Made by a program: the position numbers and the translations under genes. A stretch of 64,000 nt of DNA from contig OY740782.1 of NCBI GenBank assembly GCA_963514005.1, positions 24,552,001-24,616,000 on the forward strand. Reading direction: 5' to 3'. Of the stretch, positions 26,709-39,419 are shown one piece after another. The first letter of the stretch is position 1. Every line of letters begins with the position of its first letter. The DNA comes from Raja brachyura (taxonomy: Eukaryota). The notes beneath the pieces were generated by a model that was given only the letters and a program-made list of their open reading frames with translations, ran no database searches and was not told where the DNA came from.

Positions 26709-27748
26709 CAGCAATGTTACAACATTTTGAGATTTAAAAAATCAAGCCTGCAATTTATCCCATCAGATAAAGCATAAAAAGAAGTTTAATTTGACACCTA
26801 ATTCACTTTCATATCTTCAGTATTAAGAAAGTTATGGCCATTTTCATACTCGGAAATTAGCATCTTGTTCCCCATTGCTTTTCAATTGACTTAATTCAAA
26901 AACTGTGATCTGGAAAAGTTAAAAGCCCATAACTTTCTAAAAAATTAAGAGAACTCAATGAAATTTTCAGTTATTATAGATTGAAGCATTCTGAAACAAA
27001 TATGAAACAATCTTACTTGGATGACCTGAAATTAAAGCATATAATTAGTTAGTTATCTAATTGTAGCTAATTACAAAATTCAATGAGTAGATCTAAACAT
27101 CTATCCATTTCTTAAGAAAAGATAAACTTTTTTTAAATTGCCTAAGTGTCCAAATAACATTCACACAATAATCCACAATATAACATAATTTTTAAATCTC
27201 ATTTTCATGAATTTCTGGGACAAATGGAAGGAATTTAGTGTTTGATTCCTGTAAATTAATGGCCATTTAAATCAACTTGCGAGTGGGTTTTAGTGGAATG
27301 CGGTGGATTGGAACGTTGCGGTTTGCGGTGAATTTAACCCCCAGTCGGCAGGAAAACTACAGCCAGTTCGTATATATTTTTTGTCCCTTTTTCGCATTAT
27401 GAAAATTTGATTAAAGGCTTCCTAAGAAGCACGTTTTAATGTAAAAATAAACTGTGTAGCTTATTTTATCGCCTACGTTAGGTCCGTTCCACTGTCGGCG
27501 TTCACGGTTTTAGAAGATGATTTTTAAATTAGCTAATAAATAATCTAGCGTATTTTAAAAATACCTTCATGAATGAAATGTCGGAGCGATTTCTCTTTAG
27601 CAACAAAATCGCCTGAGCTGGATCGATTTGGACGGTCTAGGGAAAAACGGCATTTAAAACCCGCCCCCCTCTGAAAGGCGCCAAAGTCACGCACACGGGG
27701 AGTGGCAGAACTGCAGCGCTGCTAAAGATAGGTATTGTAACATACGTA
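26709..27748. mobile_element. Non-autonomous TIR DNA transposon, 1040 bp, 7-bp TSD (copy 1)
   Basis: TSD gaatatc at 26702-26708 and 27749-27755. Imperfect 14-bp TIR cagcaatgttacaa / ttgtaacatacgta. Collinear with 36537-37584. Confidence 0.88.
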
Positions 27749-28839
27749 GAATATCAACAGCTAGACCTTTCAGTCTTACTGTCCCGACAATCCAAGCACC
27801 ATGGTGATTTACTGCTATAATTATAAAATCTCCAGACTTTTTAATTCATTGCAAAAAGAGGCATAGAGTAAAATATTCAGATTTGAGACCTTAATAGACT
27901 GATCAATACGCCTTCCATTTTCACATTTGGGTTCAGGTATTATATCACATTCCATTATTTGCTTGTATTATTTGAAAAAAAAGTGCCTTTTCTATTTTTG
28001 GGCCCCATTGATGCTTTCCGTGCCCAATGCTGGTGTCTGGAGTCCATCAACAGAGAACAATCTTGTCACTGTGGTGGTGTGCTTCTTTTGACAACATATT
28101 TAACAAACAAGAGCATTCATATTCTAAGCAGCAAATCAACATGGGATGCAGGCTGTAATGATAGTTCTCTCCAACATAGTCACACATAACAATGACAAAC
28201 TATTCACTTCCATGCTTTCTTTTAACAAAAACAAACATATCTATTAATTTACTATAGAGGTTTCTGCATGTTTTTTCTTCTTTTCTTCTATTGCTCTAGA
28301 TATCCCCAAAAGAGCAGGCACTTACTGTCATAAACTATTTTTGTCAATACCTTCTGTTTATATCTTCCCATCTCCACCTCTTTCTGCTTTCCGCAAAGAC
28401 TGTTCCCTCCGAAAATCCCCGGTCAACTCGTCCCTTCCCACCCAAACCACCCCCACCCCAGGTACTTTCCCCTGCAACCACAGGAGATGCAACACCTGTC
28501 CATTTAGCTCCCACCTCGACTCCATCCAAGAACCCAAACAGCCTTTTCAGCTGAGGCAGAGGTTCACTTGCACCTCCTCCAACCTCATCTATTGTATCTG
28601 CTGTTCCAGGTGTCAGCTTCACTACATTGGCGAGACCAAGCGCAGGCTCGGCGATCATTTCGCTGAACACCTCCGCTCAGTCCGTCTTAACCTACACGAT
28701 CTCCCGGTGGGTCAGCACTTCAGCTCCCCCTCCCATTCCCAATCTGCCCTTTCTGTCATGGGCCTCCTTCATTGTCAGAGTGAGGCCCAGTTCAAATTGG
28801 AGGAACAACACCTCATATTTCCCTTGGGTAGTATACACG

Positions 28840-29967
28840 CAGGGGTGCAATGCTGCCGGAGCAGACCAGAGAACCGCTCTGGCACCTCTGTAAATAAAAA
28901 AGACAAAAAAAACCAGCGGGAATTTTAACTAGAGTAGAGATACGGGTCGGTGGCAGCAGCATCGGTGGCCCCGGAGAGGTGGTGAGAGTCGGCAGCCACG
29001 GGTTATGGGTTTGGCCCTGAAGGCGGTGAGGGTCGCAGAGGCGGTGGATGTTGTTGCTGTTCCATGTGGTGGCCATCTCGGCCTCATGGTGGTCGTGCAG
29101 GCGGAGCCGCGGTCCAGCGTTGGAGCTCCGGGCCTGCGGGCGAGCGGTCGAGTCGGGGAGTGTCGGTGGAGGGACCAGTCTGGAGGCGGGCAAGCTTGTA
29201 ATCCTTGGTCGAGTCCAGATAGGCGAGGAACCGTTTGTTGAGGGTGTGGATCTGGCGTTGAATTAAGTACAGTTGTGGTCCATTGCTGGTTTAGGTGGGT
29301 CAGTGAGCGAGTGAGTGGGAAGCGGTGGGTGAGTGGGTGAGTGAGTTCGTTCGCTCGCGTGTCAACCAACGTATAGCTCGCTGTTGGCTTCTGTCGTCAT
29401 CCAACAAGTTGACAGAATTGGTCACCGACGCGTCATGGAGTGCATCGTGCCGTCGTTTCCGGGGATTGCCACGAGGGGGCTTCTGTCATGATCCCCGGTG
29501 AGTGAGTGGGGGTGTGTNNNNNNNNNNNNNNNNNNNNNNNNNNNNNNNNNNNNNNNNNNNNNNNNNNNNNNNNNNNNNNNNNNNNNNNNNNNNNNNNNNN
29601 NNNNNNNNNNNNNNNNNNNNNNNNNNNNNNNNNNNNNNNNNNNNNNNNNNNNNNNNNNNNNNNNNNNNNNNNNNNNNCAGGACGAGTTGATGCCGGGCCG
29701 GCACCTTTGTAAAAATACATGATTACCATCGTTTTCATTACTTGCTTGATAATTATATTTCATGAAAATTAGTAAGTGCAACCATGTAATATTTTGTCAT
29801 ATTATTAAATTATGTACTAAATGTTTTATTATACACTGGGATGTAGTGATACGCTATAATCTTGTTTGACCCTCTTGGAAGACTAGCTTGCCCCCCCCCA
29901 AGCAAAACCGGAAATGATGCCCGTCTTCGACAGTTCCGACACCTAAATAATTAGCACTCAAACACTG
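28840..29967. mobile_element. GC-rich hAT-like non-autonomous element spanning the assembly gap
   Basis: Ends caggggtgcaatgct / agcactcaaacactg (imperfect TIR). Degenerate 8-bp TSD tatacacg / tttaaacc. It cleanly interrupts the Penelope copy. Confidence 0.55.
29518..29677. other. Assembly gap (160 N)
   Basis: Run of n. Confidence 1.
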
Positions 29968-30089
29968 TTTAAACCCCAGAGGTATGAACATTGACTTCTC
30001 TTACTTAAATAGCCCTTGCTTTCCCTCTCTATCCCCTCCCCTTCTCAGTTTTCCCACTAGTCTTGCTGTCTCTGAGTACATTCTATCAT

Positions 30090-30445
30090 TGTCAATAGAC
30101 AATAGACAATAGGTGCAGGAGTAGGCCATTTGGCCCTTTGAGCCAGCACTCCATTCAATGTGATCATGGCTGAACATCCCCAATCAGTACCCCGTTCCTG
30201 CCTTCTCCCCATATCCCCTGACTCAGCCATCTTTAAGAGCCCAATCTAGCTCTCTCTTGAAAGTATCCAGAGAACCTGCCTCCACCGCCCTCTGAGGCAG
30301 AGAATTCCACAGACTCACAACTCTCTGTGAGAAAAAGTGTTTCCTCGTCTCCGTTCTAAATGACTTACCCCTTATTCTTAAACTGGTTTTGGGCTCCCCC
30401 AACATCGGGAACATGTTTCCTGCCTCTAGGGTGTCCAAACCCTTA
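30090..30445 (-). mobile_element. CR1 LINE (family A) 3' end
   Basis: caatagacaataggtgcaggagtaggcc tail; FFSQRVVSLWNSLPQ. Confidence 0.9.
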
Positions 30446-30640
30446 CAGTCTTTTCAGGACAATTGTAGAATATTGTTTTTTAAAATGGAAAAAGACTGCT
30501 GAGCTCGAGCTTTTCCTTCAGCATTCATTTTTGACATTTAAGAATGAGAAAGTCAAAAGTGGCATTAATTTAAGCATGATTTAAGATTATACAAGATCAG
30601 AGTTATGATGCTGCACTAGAGACATTTGGCTTGTATTCAC

Positions 30641-31078
30641 AGAAACATAGAAAATAGTTGCAGGAGTAGGCCATTCGACCCTTCAAGCCTGCACCGCCAT
30701 TCAATATGATCATGCCTGATCATCCAACTCAGTATCCTGTACCTGCCTTCTCTCCATACCCCCTGATCCCTTTAGCCACAAGGGCCACATCTAACTCCCT
30801 CTTAAATATAGCCAATGAACTGGCCTCAACTACCTTCTGTGGAAGATCATTCCAGAGACTCACCACTCTGTGTAAAAAATGTTTTACTCATCTCGGTCCT
30901 AAAGGAATTCCCCCTTATCCTTAGACTGTGACCCCTTTCTATAAGATCCTCCCTCAGTCTTCTAAATTCTAAATTCTAGCGAGTACAAGCCAAGTCTATC
31001 CAGCCTTTCCTCATATGAAAGTCCTGATATCCCAGGAATCAGTCTGGTAAACGTTCTCTGTACCCCCTCTATGGCAAG
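30641..31078 (-). mobile_element. CR1 LINE (family C) 3' end
   Basis: agaaacatagaaaatag tail; reverse complement of the 6995-7252 type. Confidence 0.88.
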
Positions 31079-31603
31079 ATTCACATGTGTGAATGTGACT
31101 ACAGCTCATGTTCTCACTCCCCCGACATGTCACAGCAGGATCAAAGACGTAGTCTGGATGGACTTCATCCAGGCCTTTGATAAGGTTCTGCATGGCAGAC
31201 GGTTCTGGAAAGTTAAAATGGTAAGCAATCCAGGTAGGAATCAGAGGGTGGTGTTGAAAGGTTGTTATTCAGGCTGGAGGCCTCTGATTAGTGTTTTGCT
31301 GCAAGGATCAGCACCAGCACCCTATTCAACATAGACACCTTTCCTAGATGACTACCTCTGTGCACTGTACCTTCTAATGTCTCACCAATGTCTCAAGCAG
31401 CTGGAATATTCTATCCCATTTTTTGTACTCCGAAGTCCTAAATGATGAAAGAAACATAGACACATAGAAAATGGGTGCAGGAGTAGGCCATTTGGCCCTT
31501 CGTGTCAGCACCGCCATTCAATATGATGATGGCTGATCATCTAAAATCAGTACCCCGATCCTGCTTCCTTCCCAAATCGCTAGATTCTGTTATCAACATC
31601 TAA

Positions 31604-32137
31604 AGGGGCTGTCCCACTGTGGCGACCTAATCCGCGAGTTTGCCCTTGACTCATACTTGCATCATGGTCAACACGAGGTCCTAGGAAGTCTTTGTAACTC
31701 TCCTTCATGCTCGAGGGTAGTCCCCGCATACTCGAGGCCTCAGCTAGGTCGCGGCGTATTTTTCAACATGTTGAGAAAGGTCATAAAAGATCGCCATGGA
31801 AAAAAACAATACTTTTTTTACTCGTAGGTTTAGACGAAGTTGGTTGTAGTAGGTCGGCATGTTATTCGTAGGTAATCAAGGGTAGTTGAAGGTAATCAAA
31901 GGTAGTGGAAGGTAGTCGTAGATAGTCTTCAACGTAATCGAAAGGGAGGTCGAAGGGGGGTTGAAGGAGATTGAAGGAGATTGTCTTCACTCTCCACTAT
32001 TCGGGGTCCAATTTACCCGAAGCTAATCGAAGCTAGTCTTCAACATAGTCGAAGGAGGTCTTCAACATGACATTTTTTCAAACCCTCCTAAACTTTTCTA
32101 AACTCATGAATTAGGTTGCCTCAGTGGGACAGCCCCT
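31604..32137. mobile_element. PIF/Harbinger-type MITE, 534 bp
   Basis: 38-bp TIR aggggctgtcccactgtggcgacctaat... with 5 mismatches; TAA TSD at 31601-31603 and 32138-32140. Confidence 0.88.
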
Positions 32138-32692
32138 TAATTTACTGATCTCTCTTGCATACATCAGTAAAGTATATCAGAAAGTAAGTGAATTAATGTC
32201 TTCTACACCACTGTTTCGACCCATGTCACCATCTTTCTTTCCCGTACTAATTCCATCTTTGCACATATTGTCGTGCATTCTGCACATAATTTGTTAGTTC
32301 AAAAATATAATTATTCATACAGGTTTAGATGTCTTTACTTTAATTGGTCTCCTCTACATTGCCCTGTTCATGCTCTGGTTCATCAGAAAATGCCCCACTG
32401 TGTGTGCTTTTAGAACATGGAATAGTACAACATAGGAGCAGGCCCTTCGGTCCACAACATTAGTGTTAAACATGATGCCAAATTAAACAAAATCTACTCT
32501 GCCTGCATGTGATATCACTTCATACCATGCATATCCAGGTGCCTGTCCAAAAGCCTCTTAAATGCCATTATTGGATCTGCTTCCACAACTACCCCTAGGA
32601 ACGCGTTCTAGGCACCCATCACCCTCTGTGTTAAAAACCTGTCTTTCAGATCTCCTTCAAGCTGCCCCTTTCACCTTAAAGGTATTCCCTCC

Positions 32693-33586
32693 AGTTTAAT
32701 TTTGTTTAGTTGGGAGATACAGCGTGGAAACAGGCCCTTCGGCCAATCATGTGCACACCAACCAGTGTTCCCTGCACATTAACATTATCCTATACACATT
32801 GGGGAAAATATATACTTACACCAAGCCAATTAACCTACAAACCTGTATGTCTTTGGAGTGTGGGAGGAAACCGAAGATCTTGGAGAAAATCCGAGTATTG
32901 GAGTATTGCGTACAGTTTTGGTCTCCTAATCTGAGGAAAGACATTCTTGCCATAGAGGGGTACAGAGAAGGTTCACCAGACTGATTCCTGGGATGTCAGG
33001 ACTTTCATATGAAGAAAGACTGGATAGACTCGGCTTGTAGTTGCTGGAATTTAGAAGATTGAGGGGGGATCTTATACAAACTTACAAAATTCTTAAGGGG
33101 TTGGACAGGCTAGATGCAGGAAGATTGTTCCCGATGTTGGGGAAGTCCAGGACAAGGGGTCACAGTTTAAGGATAAGGGGGAAATCTTTTAGGACCGAGA
33201 TGAGAAAAACATTTTTCACTCAGAGAGTGGTGAATCTCTGGAATTCTCTTCCACAGAAGGTAGTTGAGGCCAGTTCATTGGCTATATTTAAGAGGGCGTT
33301 AGATGTGGCCCTTGTGGCTAAAGGGATCAGAGGGTATGGAGAGAAGGCAGGTACGGGATACTGAGTTGGATGATCAGCCATGATCATATTGAATGGCCGT
33401 GCAGGCTCGAAGGACCGAATGGCCTACTCCTGCACCTATTTTTTATGTTTCTATGTTTCTATCCTCGCGTTCAAGGGGAGAACATACAAACTCCGTACAG
33501 ACAACACCAATGGTCAGGAATGAACCTGGATCTCTGGCGCTGTAGGCGCTGTAAAGCAGCTACTCTACTGTTGCGTCACCGTGCTG
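32693..33586 (-). mobile_element. tRNA-derived V-SINE (HE1-like), interrupted by CR1 family C (+, ~32893-33460)
   Basis: Core ggtttcctcccacactccaaagac, tRNA-like head (gcacggtg...gtagag...ggttcattcc) and CR1-like 3' tail with (actaa)n. atcc on both sides of the CR1 insert. Confidence 0.85.
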
Positions 33587-33656
33587 TCTTTGGCAGTTCC
33601 ATCTTGAGAAGAGGGTTATGACTGTTTACCCTATCTATGCGTCATGATTTTATACG

Positions 33657-33993
33657 CAGTAAACCCACATTATAACGGATCATGGAGGTGGGGTGGGGGG
33701 GGGGGGGGGGTTATGGGGTCCATTATTGATGATTGTTCATTATAACTGAGTAAGAAATTATCATTCCATTAGTAGTAGAAAAAAAATAACTACTGATGCT
33801 GGTTAATCCAGAAAAGGACAAAAGGTGCTGGAGTAACACAGCTGGTCAGACAAGATTTCTGGAGAACATGGATGTGATGTTTTGTGTTGAGACCCTTCTT
33901 CAGACTCTCAGTCTAGAACTGGGCCTGGAATCCAGGTGAGTTGATGGCTCCAGCCTCTGTTATAAAGATGTCCGTAATAACAAGGGTTTACTG
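33657..33993. mobile_element. Tc1/mariner-type MITE with a nested Penelope terminal fragment
   Basis: TIR cagtaaacccacattataacgga / tccgtaataacaagggtttactg; TA on the right flank only; interrupts an old CR1. Confidence 0.65.
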
Positions 33994-34179
33994 TACTTCT
34001 ATCAGGTGTCTCCTTCGCCGCTAACATTCCAGAAAAAAACAATCCGAGTTTGTCCAAACCCTCCTTATAATTATTCCTTCTAATCCAGGCAACAATCTAG
34101 TACATTTCTTCTGCATCCTCTTCAAAGCCTCCACATCCTTCCTCTAATGGGGTGATCAGAACTGCACACAATACTCCAA

Positions 34180-34615
34180 TGGATGGCGGGGTTGTCATAT
34201 GCTGAGAGAATGGAGCGGCTGAGTTTGTATATTCTGGAATTTAGAAGGATGAGAGGGGATCTTATTGATATATAGAAGATTATTATGGGTTTGGACACGC
34301 TAAAAGCAGGAAGCATGTTCCCGATGTTGGGGGAATCCAGAATCAGGGGCCACAGTTTAAGAATAAGGGGTAAGCCATTTAGAACGGAGATGAGGAAACA
34401 CTTTTTCACACAGAGAGTTGTGAGTCTGGAATTCTCTGCCTCAGAGGGCAGTGGAGGCCAGTTCTCTGGATACTTTCAAGAGAGAGCTAGATAGGGCTCT
34501 TAAAGATAGCACAGTCAGGGGATATGGGGAGAAGGCAGGAACGGGGTTCTGATTGGGGATAATCACCCATGATCACATTGAATGGCCTACTCCTGTACCT
34601 ATTGTCTATTGTCTA
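34180..34615 (+). mobile_element. CR1 LINE (family A) 3' end
   Basis: GLSYAERMERL...HFFTQRVV; tail attgtctattgtct. Confidence 0.9.
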
Positions 34616-36536
34616 GTGTCCACTCCACATATGGCCGAACCAAAGTCCTATAAAGCTGCCACATGGCTTCCTAACTTTTATACTCAATGACCTGACTGAT
34701 GAAGGCAAGCATGTTCTTTACTACTCTTTCACTTGTCCTTTCAGTTCTGTAATTTGTCAGTCTGAAGGCCAATAAAGGTTTATGTGCAGCTGCATAATAA
34801 ATGAATGGCAGGCATCGTTCCTTTAGCAGTGACCATAACATTTGAGCTATTATATGACCCCCTTCAGAAATCAATAAAGTAGTAGACTTTTGAAATAACA
34901 TAGCTGCCATCTTTATTTAAACCAGCATTTGCAGCTCTTTCCTACAAATCCAATCCTAATATCTGTCTTGAATCTCTAGTCTAATTGCACAGTCAATAAC
35001 TTAGCTTCAATTCAATTGTGGAAGTGTTGTTAACACTAACTGCGTTCAGCCAAAGTTTACTTTTGTAGGCTGGAGTGAAAGCAGATTACGGCAAGGTATC
35101 ATGAAAATGGAGAAGTCAGACTTCACATTGGCAGTTGCACAAACAGATTCATAGAAAGCAGCTAGAAAAGACAAATGTCAATTCAGATTAAGACTGAGTA
35201 TCAAAAGGACAGCACCAACTCTACCACTCTGCTATTGAAATATAATTTGCTACAGAATTGATTATACAACACCATATCTAAAACATTTAACCAATGCAAA
35301 ACTGCACACATATAGTTTGTCTGTCAGCTCTACGCTGGTTATGCGTAAGAATACTACTTGCAGCTAAATTCTCAGTCCAAATTTGAATAAAATATGAATA
35401 AAAAATGATCGACTCTTTAGAAAAAAATTCTATTAGTGAAGGAAAGTTGTACACTGATGTCATCAGCCTTTTGCATCAATTTGATTTTATTTGAAAAACA
35501 TTGATAAGAGATAGAAGCAGGAATACACCATTCAAACGATATACTTGCTTTCCCATTTAAATAGGATCATATTTTACCGCAGGGCCACTTTCCTGCACTA
35601 ACCTCATAACTTTTGTTTTCTTTAATATCTAAATATTACTTGGTCATTTTGGAATGCACTTGGCGACTGAGCCCCAATCGTTCTTTTAGGTAGGGAATTC
35701 TGAGTGAAGAAATTAGTTACTTATATTCGAAGTGGCTGACTTGAATTGCAAGCATAAACATTGTAAACAATGATTAGGTAGGGGGAATAAGTCTGTACAT
35801 AACATTCCACATGAGGTCTAAGATGGCTCTACTGGAATTGGACATCTGCACTCTTGCACAAAGCTATCTTGGATTAAAAACATGCCCACCACCCTTCTAG
35901 CTTCCTTTCTCCCCCTTCTGCAATCAGTCTGAAAAAGGGTCCCTATCCATGTTCTCCTGGGATACTGCCGGATCCGTTGAGTTATTCCAAAATGTTGTGT
36001 CATTCCTCGGAACACCAGCATCCACAGTCCCTTATCTCTACAATAAAGACAAGCTGTTTGTCTACTGGATTGGTATACTTGCAAATTAACTTTTGGTGAC
36101 ATACGTACAAATATTATTTCATCTGAATCACTCTGTTAACACAATGTATGGAAAATGCATGTAAATATAAGGAAACTTTTATCATCCAGTATAAAGACAA
36201 ATGATGAAAAAAACAGAAAATCCTGGAAATTCTCTGCAGGTCAGGCAGTGTCTGCAAAGAGAGATACAGCTTACATTCTTCAATTTGTCAGAAATAGGAA
36301 AAGTTAAAGTTGCAGAGAAAGGCGGTAGTGTGTGGGTGGGGAATAAGGTATTTCAAGTTCACATTTCAAGTTCACATTTATTGCCACACGTACCATCTAA
36401 TACAGTGGAATTTGATTTACCATGCAGCCACACGAACAAAAAGAGCACAATACAAAATAGAATACCACATGAACATGAAGGCAATAATGTTCAGTCAATC
36501 CTCCACCTTTGTTCATCCGTGGTCGGGGCCATAAAC

Positions 36537-37584
36537 TAGCAATGTTACAAAATTTTGAGATTTTAAAAATCAAGTCTGCAATTTATCCCATCAGATAAAG
36601 CATAAAAAGTTTAATTTGACACCTAATTCACTTTCATATCTTCAGTATTAAGAAAGTTATGACCATTTTCATACTCGGTAATTAGCATCTTGTTCTCCAT
36701 TGCCTTTCAATTGACTTAACTCAAAAGCTGTGATCTAGAACAGTCAAAAGCCCATAACTTTCTAAAAAATTAAGAGAACTCAATGAAATTTTCAGTTATT
36801 ATAGATTGAAGCATTCTGAAACAAATATGAAACAATCTTACTTGGATGACCTGAAATTAAAGCATATAATTAGTTAGTTATCTAATTGTAGCTAATTACA
36901 AAATTCAATGAGTAGATCTAAACATCTATCCATTTCTTAAGAAAAGATAAACTTTTTTTAAATTGCCTAAGTATCCAAATAACATTCACACAATAATCCA
37001 CAATATAACATAATTTTTAAATCTAATTTTCATGAATTTATAGGCCAAATGGAAGGAATTTAGTGTTTAATGCCTGTAAATGAATGGCCATTTAAATCAA
37101 CTAGCGAGTGGGTTTTGGTGGAATGGAGTGGATTGGAACGTTGTGGTTTGCGGTGAAGTCAGTATGAAAAATACAGCCGGTTCATACATTTTTTTTTTTG
37201 TCCCCTTTTCGCAACATGAAAATGTGATTAAAGCCTTCCTAAAAACCAAGTTTTATTGTAAAAATAAACTGTGTAGCTTTTGTTATCGCCTACCTTAGGT
37301 CCGTTCTGCTGTCGGCGTTAGGAGATGATTTAGGAGCTTTAGGAGATGATTTTTAACCTACTCTAGTTAATAAATAATCTAGCGTAGTTTAAAAATACCT
37401 TTATGAATTAAATGTTGGAGCAATTTCTCTTTAACGACGAAATCATCCGACATGGACCGATTTGGACTGTCTAGAAAAAAAATCGGCATTTTAAACCCGC
37501 CCCCCTCTGAAAGGCACCAAAGTCGCGCACACGGGGAGCGGCAGAACTGCAGCGCTGCTAAAGGTAGGTATTGCAACATACCTA
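36537..37584. mobile_element. Non-autonomous TIR DNA transposon, 1048 bp, 7-bp TSD (copy 2)
   Basis: TSD cataaac at 36530-36536 and 37585-37591. TIR tagcaatgttacaa / ttgcaacataccta. The empty site ggggccataaaccctcc is visible at ~37867-37883. Confidence 0.9.
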
Positions 37585-37717
37585 CATAAACCCTCCGCAG
37601 TCACCGCTACGATGGCCCGATGTACAGGCCCTCTTGTCGGGATGCTCGAAACTCTGACGTGGGAACGAACGGACACCCGGTGATCTCCAGCAAGGGTGTG
37701 GGTGGGGAATGAGGTAT

Positions 37718-38325
37718 TTCAAGTTCACATTTCAAGTTCACATTTATTGCCACGCACCAACTAATACAGTGGAATTTGATTTACCATGCAGCCACACGAA
37801 CTCAAAGAGCACAATACAAAATAGAATACCACATGAACATGAAGGCAATAATGTTCATCCGTGGTCGGGGCCATAAACCCTCCGCAGTCACCGCTACGAT
37901 GGCCCGATGTACAGGCCCTCCTGTCTGGATGCTCGAAACTCTGACGTCGAAACGAACGGACACCCACGGCTTGGAGGTCCCGAATCAGCCGCTTCCTACT
38001 GGAGACCGCGGCTTCACGAATCTATAGGCCGCAAGCCGGCGGTCGGAGCTCTTCTCCGGCGATCCCTGGCGAGGGATCCCAGACTTCACGATGGAAAGTC
38101 CACGGCGCGCCTGTAGCTATTAGCTCCACATACTGCGACTTCAGGATGTTATGGTCCGCGGGCCAGCGATTGGAGCACTTCTTCTGGTGATCTCCAGCAA
38201 GGGATCATCGGCTCCGTGATGGAAAGTCCACGCTGCTTCCGTTTAGTATTTAAGCATACTAAAAACAAAAAAAAAGTCGAAAGGACGAGCAGCTGCTGGC
38301 GAGGCTGCCGGCTCGCGGCACCACC
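37718..38325 (-). mobile_element. Non-autonomous non-LTR element (GC-rich body, AATAAA + tandem tail); partial tandem duplicate at 36328-37695
   Basis: The minus strand ends gtggcaataaatgtgaacttgaaatgtgaacttgaa, resembling a Rex1/Babar or L2 3' end. No coding motif seen. Confidence 0.55.
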
Positions 38326-38672
38326 CGATGAAAGCTATTTAATGATTGCAATATGGAGCAAGGAACAGGGGGAAGAGGTGGAACAAACAAAAGGCATGAT
38401 ATGTCGAGATCAGAAGAGATGGATTAGTATAATAATAGGTTTGATCAAGATAATGAAATATAAATGTTATCCTGATAACTGAAATGATGCCGGAGGAGGT
38501 AGTTGAGGCAGGCACCATCACAATGTTTAAGAAGCATTTAGACAGGTGCATGGATAGGACAGGTTTAGAGGGATATGGGCTAAATGCAGGCAAGTGGGTC
38601 TAGTGTAGATGGGACATATTGGTCCATGTAGGCAAGTTGGGCCGAAGGACCTAATTCCGCACTGTGTGACTA

Positions 38673-39400
38673 TCTATATACTAAAACTCTCATCTTGTTT
38701 GTTTGTTTGTTTGTACATATATTTGTTCCCGAAACTCCGTCAAAACGGTACACAACAGCACTACAATTTTAGGCCCACCTTACCATTGTCCTGGGATGTG
38801 CATTAGCACATTCGTTCAGATTAATGTAATATTTTGGAAGTTATTGATAGTTAAAAGTTAAATCATTTGAAACAGTGGCCACATGCCAGCCGCGTGTGCA
38901 GTTCAGGGAGACTCATCAGCCGTGTTCGACGTCACAATGGGCACCCAACAGGTCCGCGCCTGCGCAGTTGGGGCGTGTTGATCTAATACTTACGTGTACA
39001 TCTTGTGTTACAACAGTAAGATGGTCGCCGTATTCGTGCCTGCGCAGTTGGGGGAGGGTCGCCGAACCCGCTAGCCATGCATGTGCAGTTGGTGGTTGCC
39101 GGGTTCGCCGCCATTTTGATATCATCAGCTGCGCCTGCGCAGTTGGGCTACCACCATCTTGAAATCGCCATTTTGACACGTGTCACAATGGCGATCATTG
39201 GCGTCTCAACGAGCGCTCGTCAGCCTCCTCACAATTCAAAATGGCACCATCTCCCTGTGCATGTGCAGTGGGTCTGGTATCCTCGCATGCGGGAATTGAA
39301 ATGACCACGCATGCGCAGTGGGTCCAGTATCCGCGCGTGTAGATTTTAAAATAACTGAAAGTCTCCCCGCGCTTGTCCTCCTTGAAATCCTCTTTTAGGA
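38673..39400 (+). mobile_element. Helitron-like non-autonomous element, 5' part
   Basis: Begins A|TCTATATACTAAAACTCTC followed by (GTTT)n. Shares its terminus and the tcacaatgg motif with 46501-47751. 3' CTAG end not located. Confidence 0.6.
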
Positions 39401-39419
39401 GCCTTGCAGGACAACCAAG

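Larger units (their letters stand above)
28345..30090 (+). mobile_element. Penelope-like element 3' fragment, interrupted at 28840-29967
   Basis: GTFPCNHRRCNTC...LIYCICCSRCQLHYIGETKRRL (GIY-YIG). Resumes at ccccagaggtatgaacattgac after the insert. Confidence 0.88.

Noticed and set aside
29422-29781. ORFs with X runs
   Set aside because: Artefacts of the N gap.
31860-32070. Short repeated units gtagtcgaag / gtaatcgaag, superficially array-like
   Set aside because: Degenerate ~10-bp tandem repeats inside the Harbinger MITE; no spacers or cas genes, so not CRISPR.
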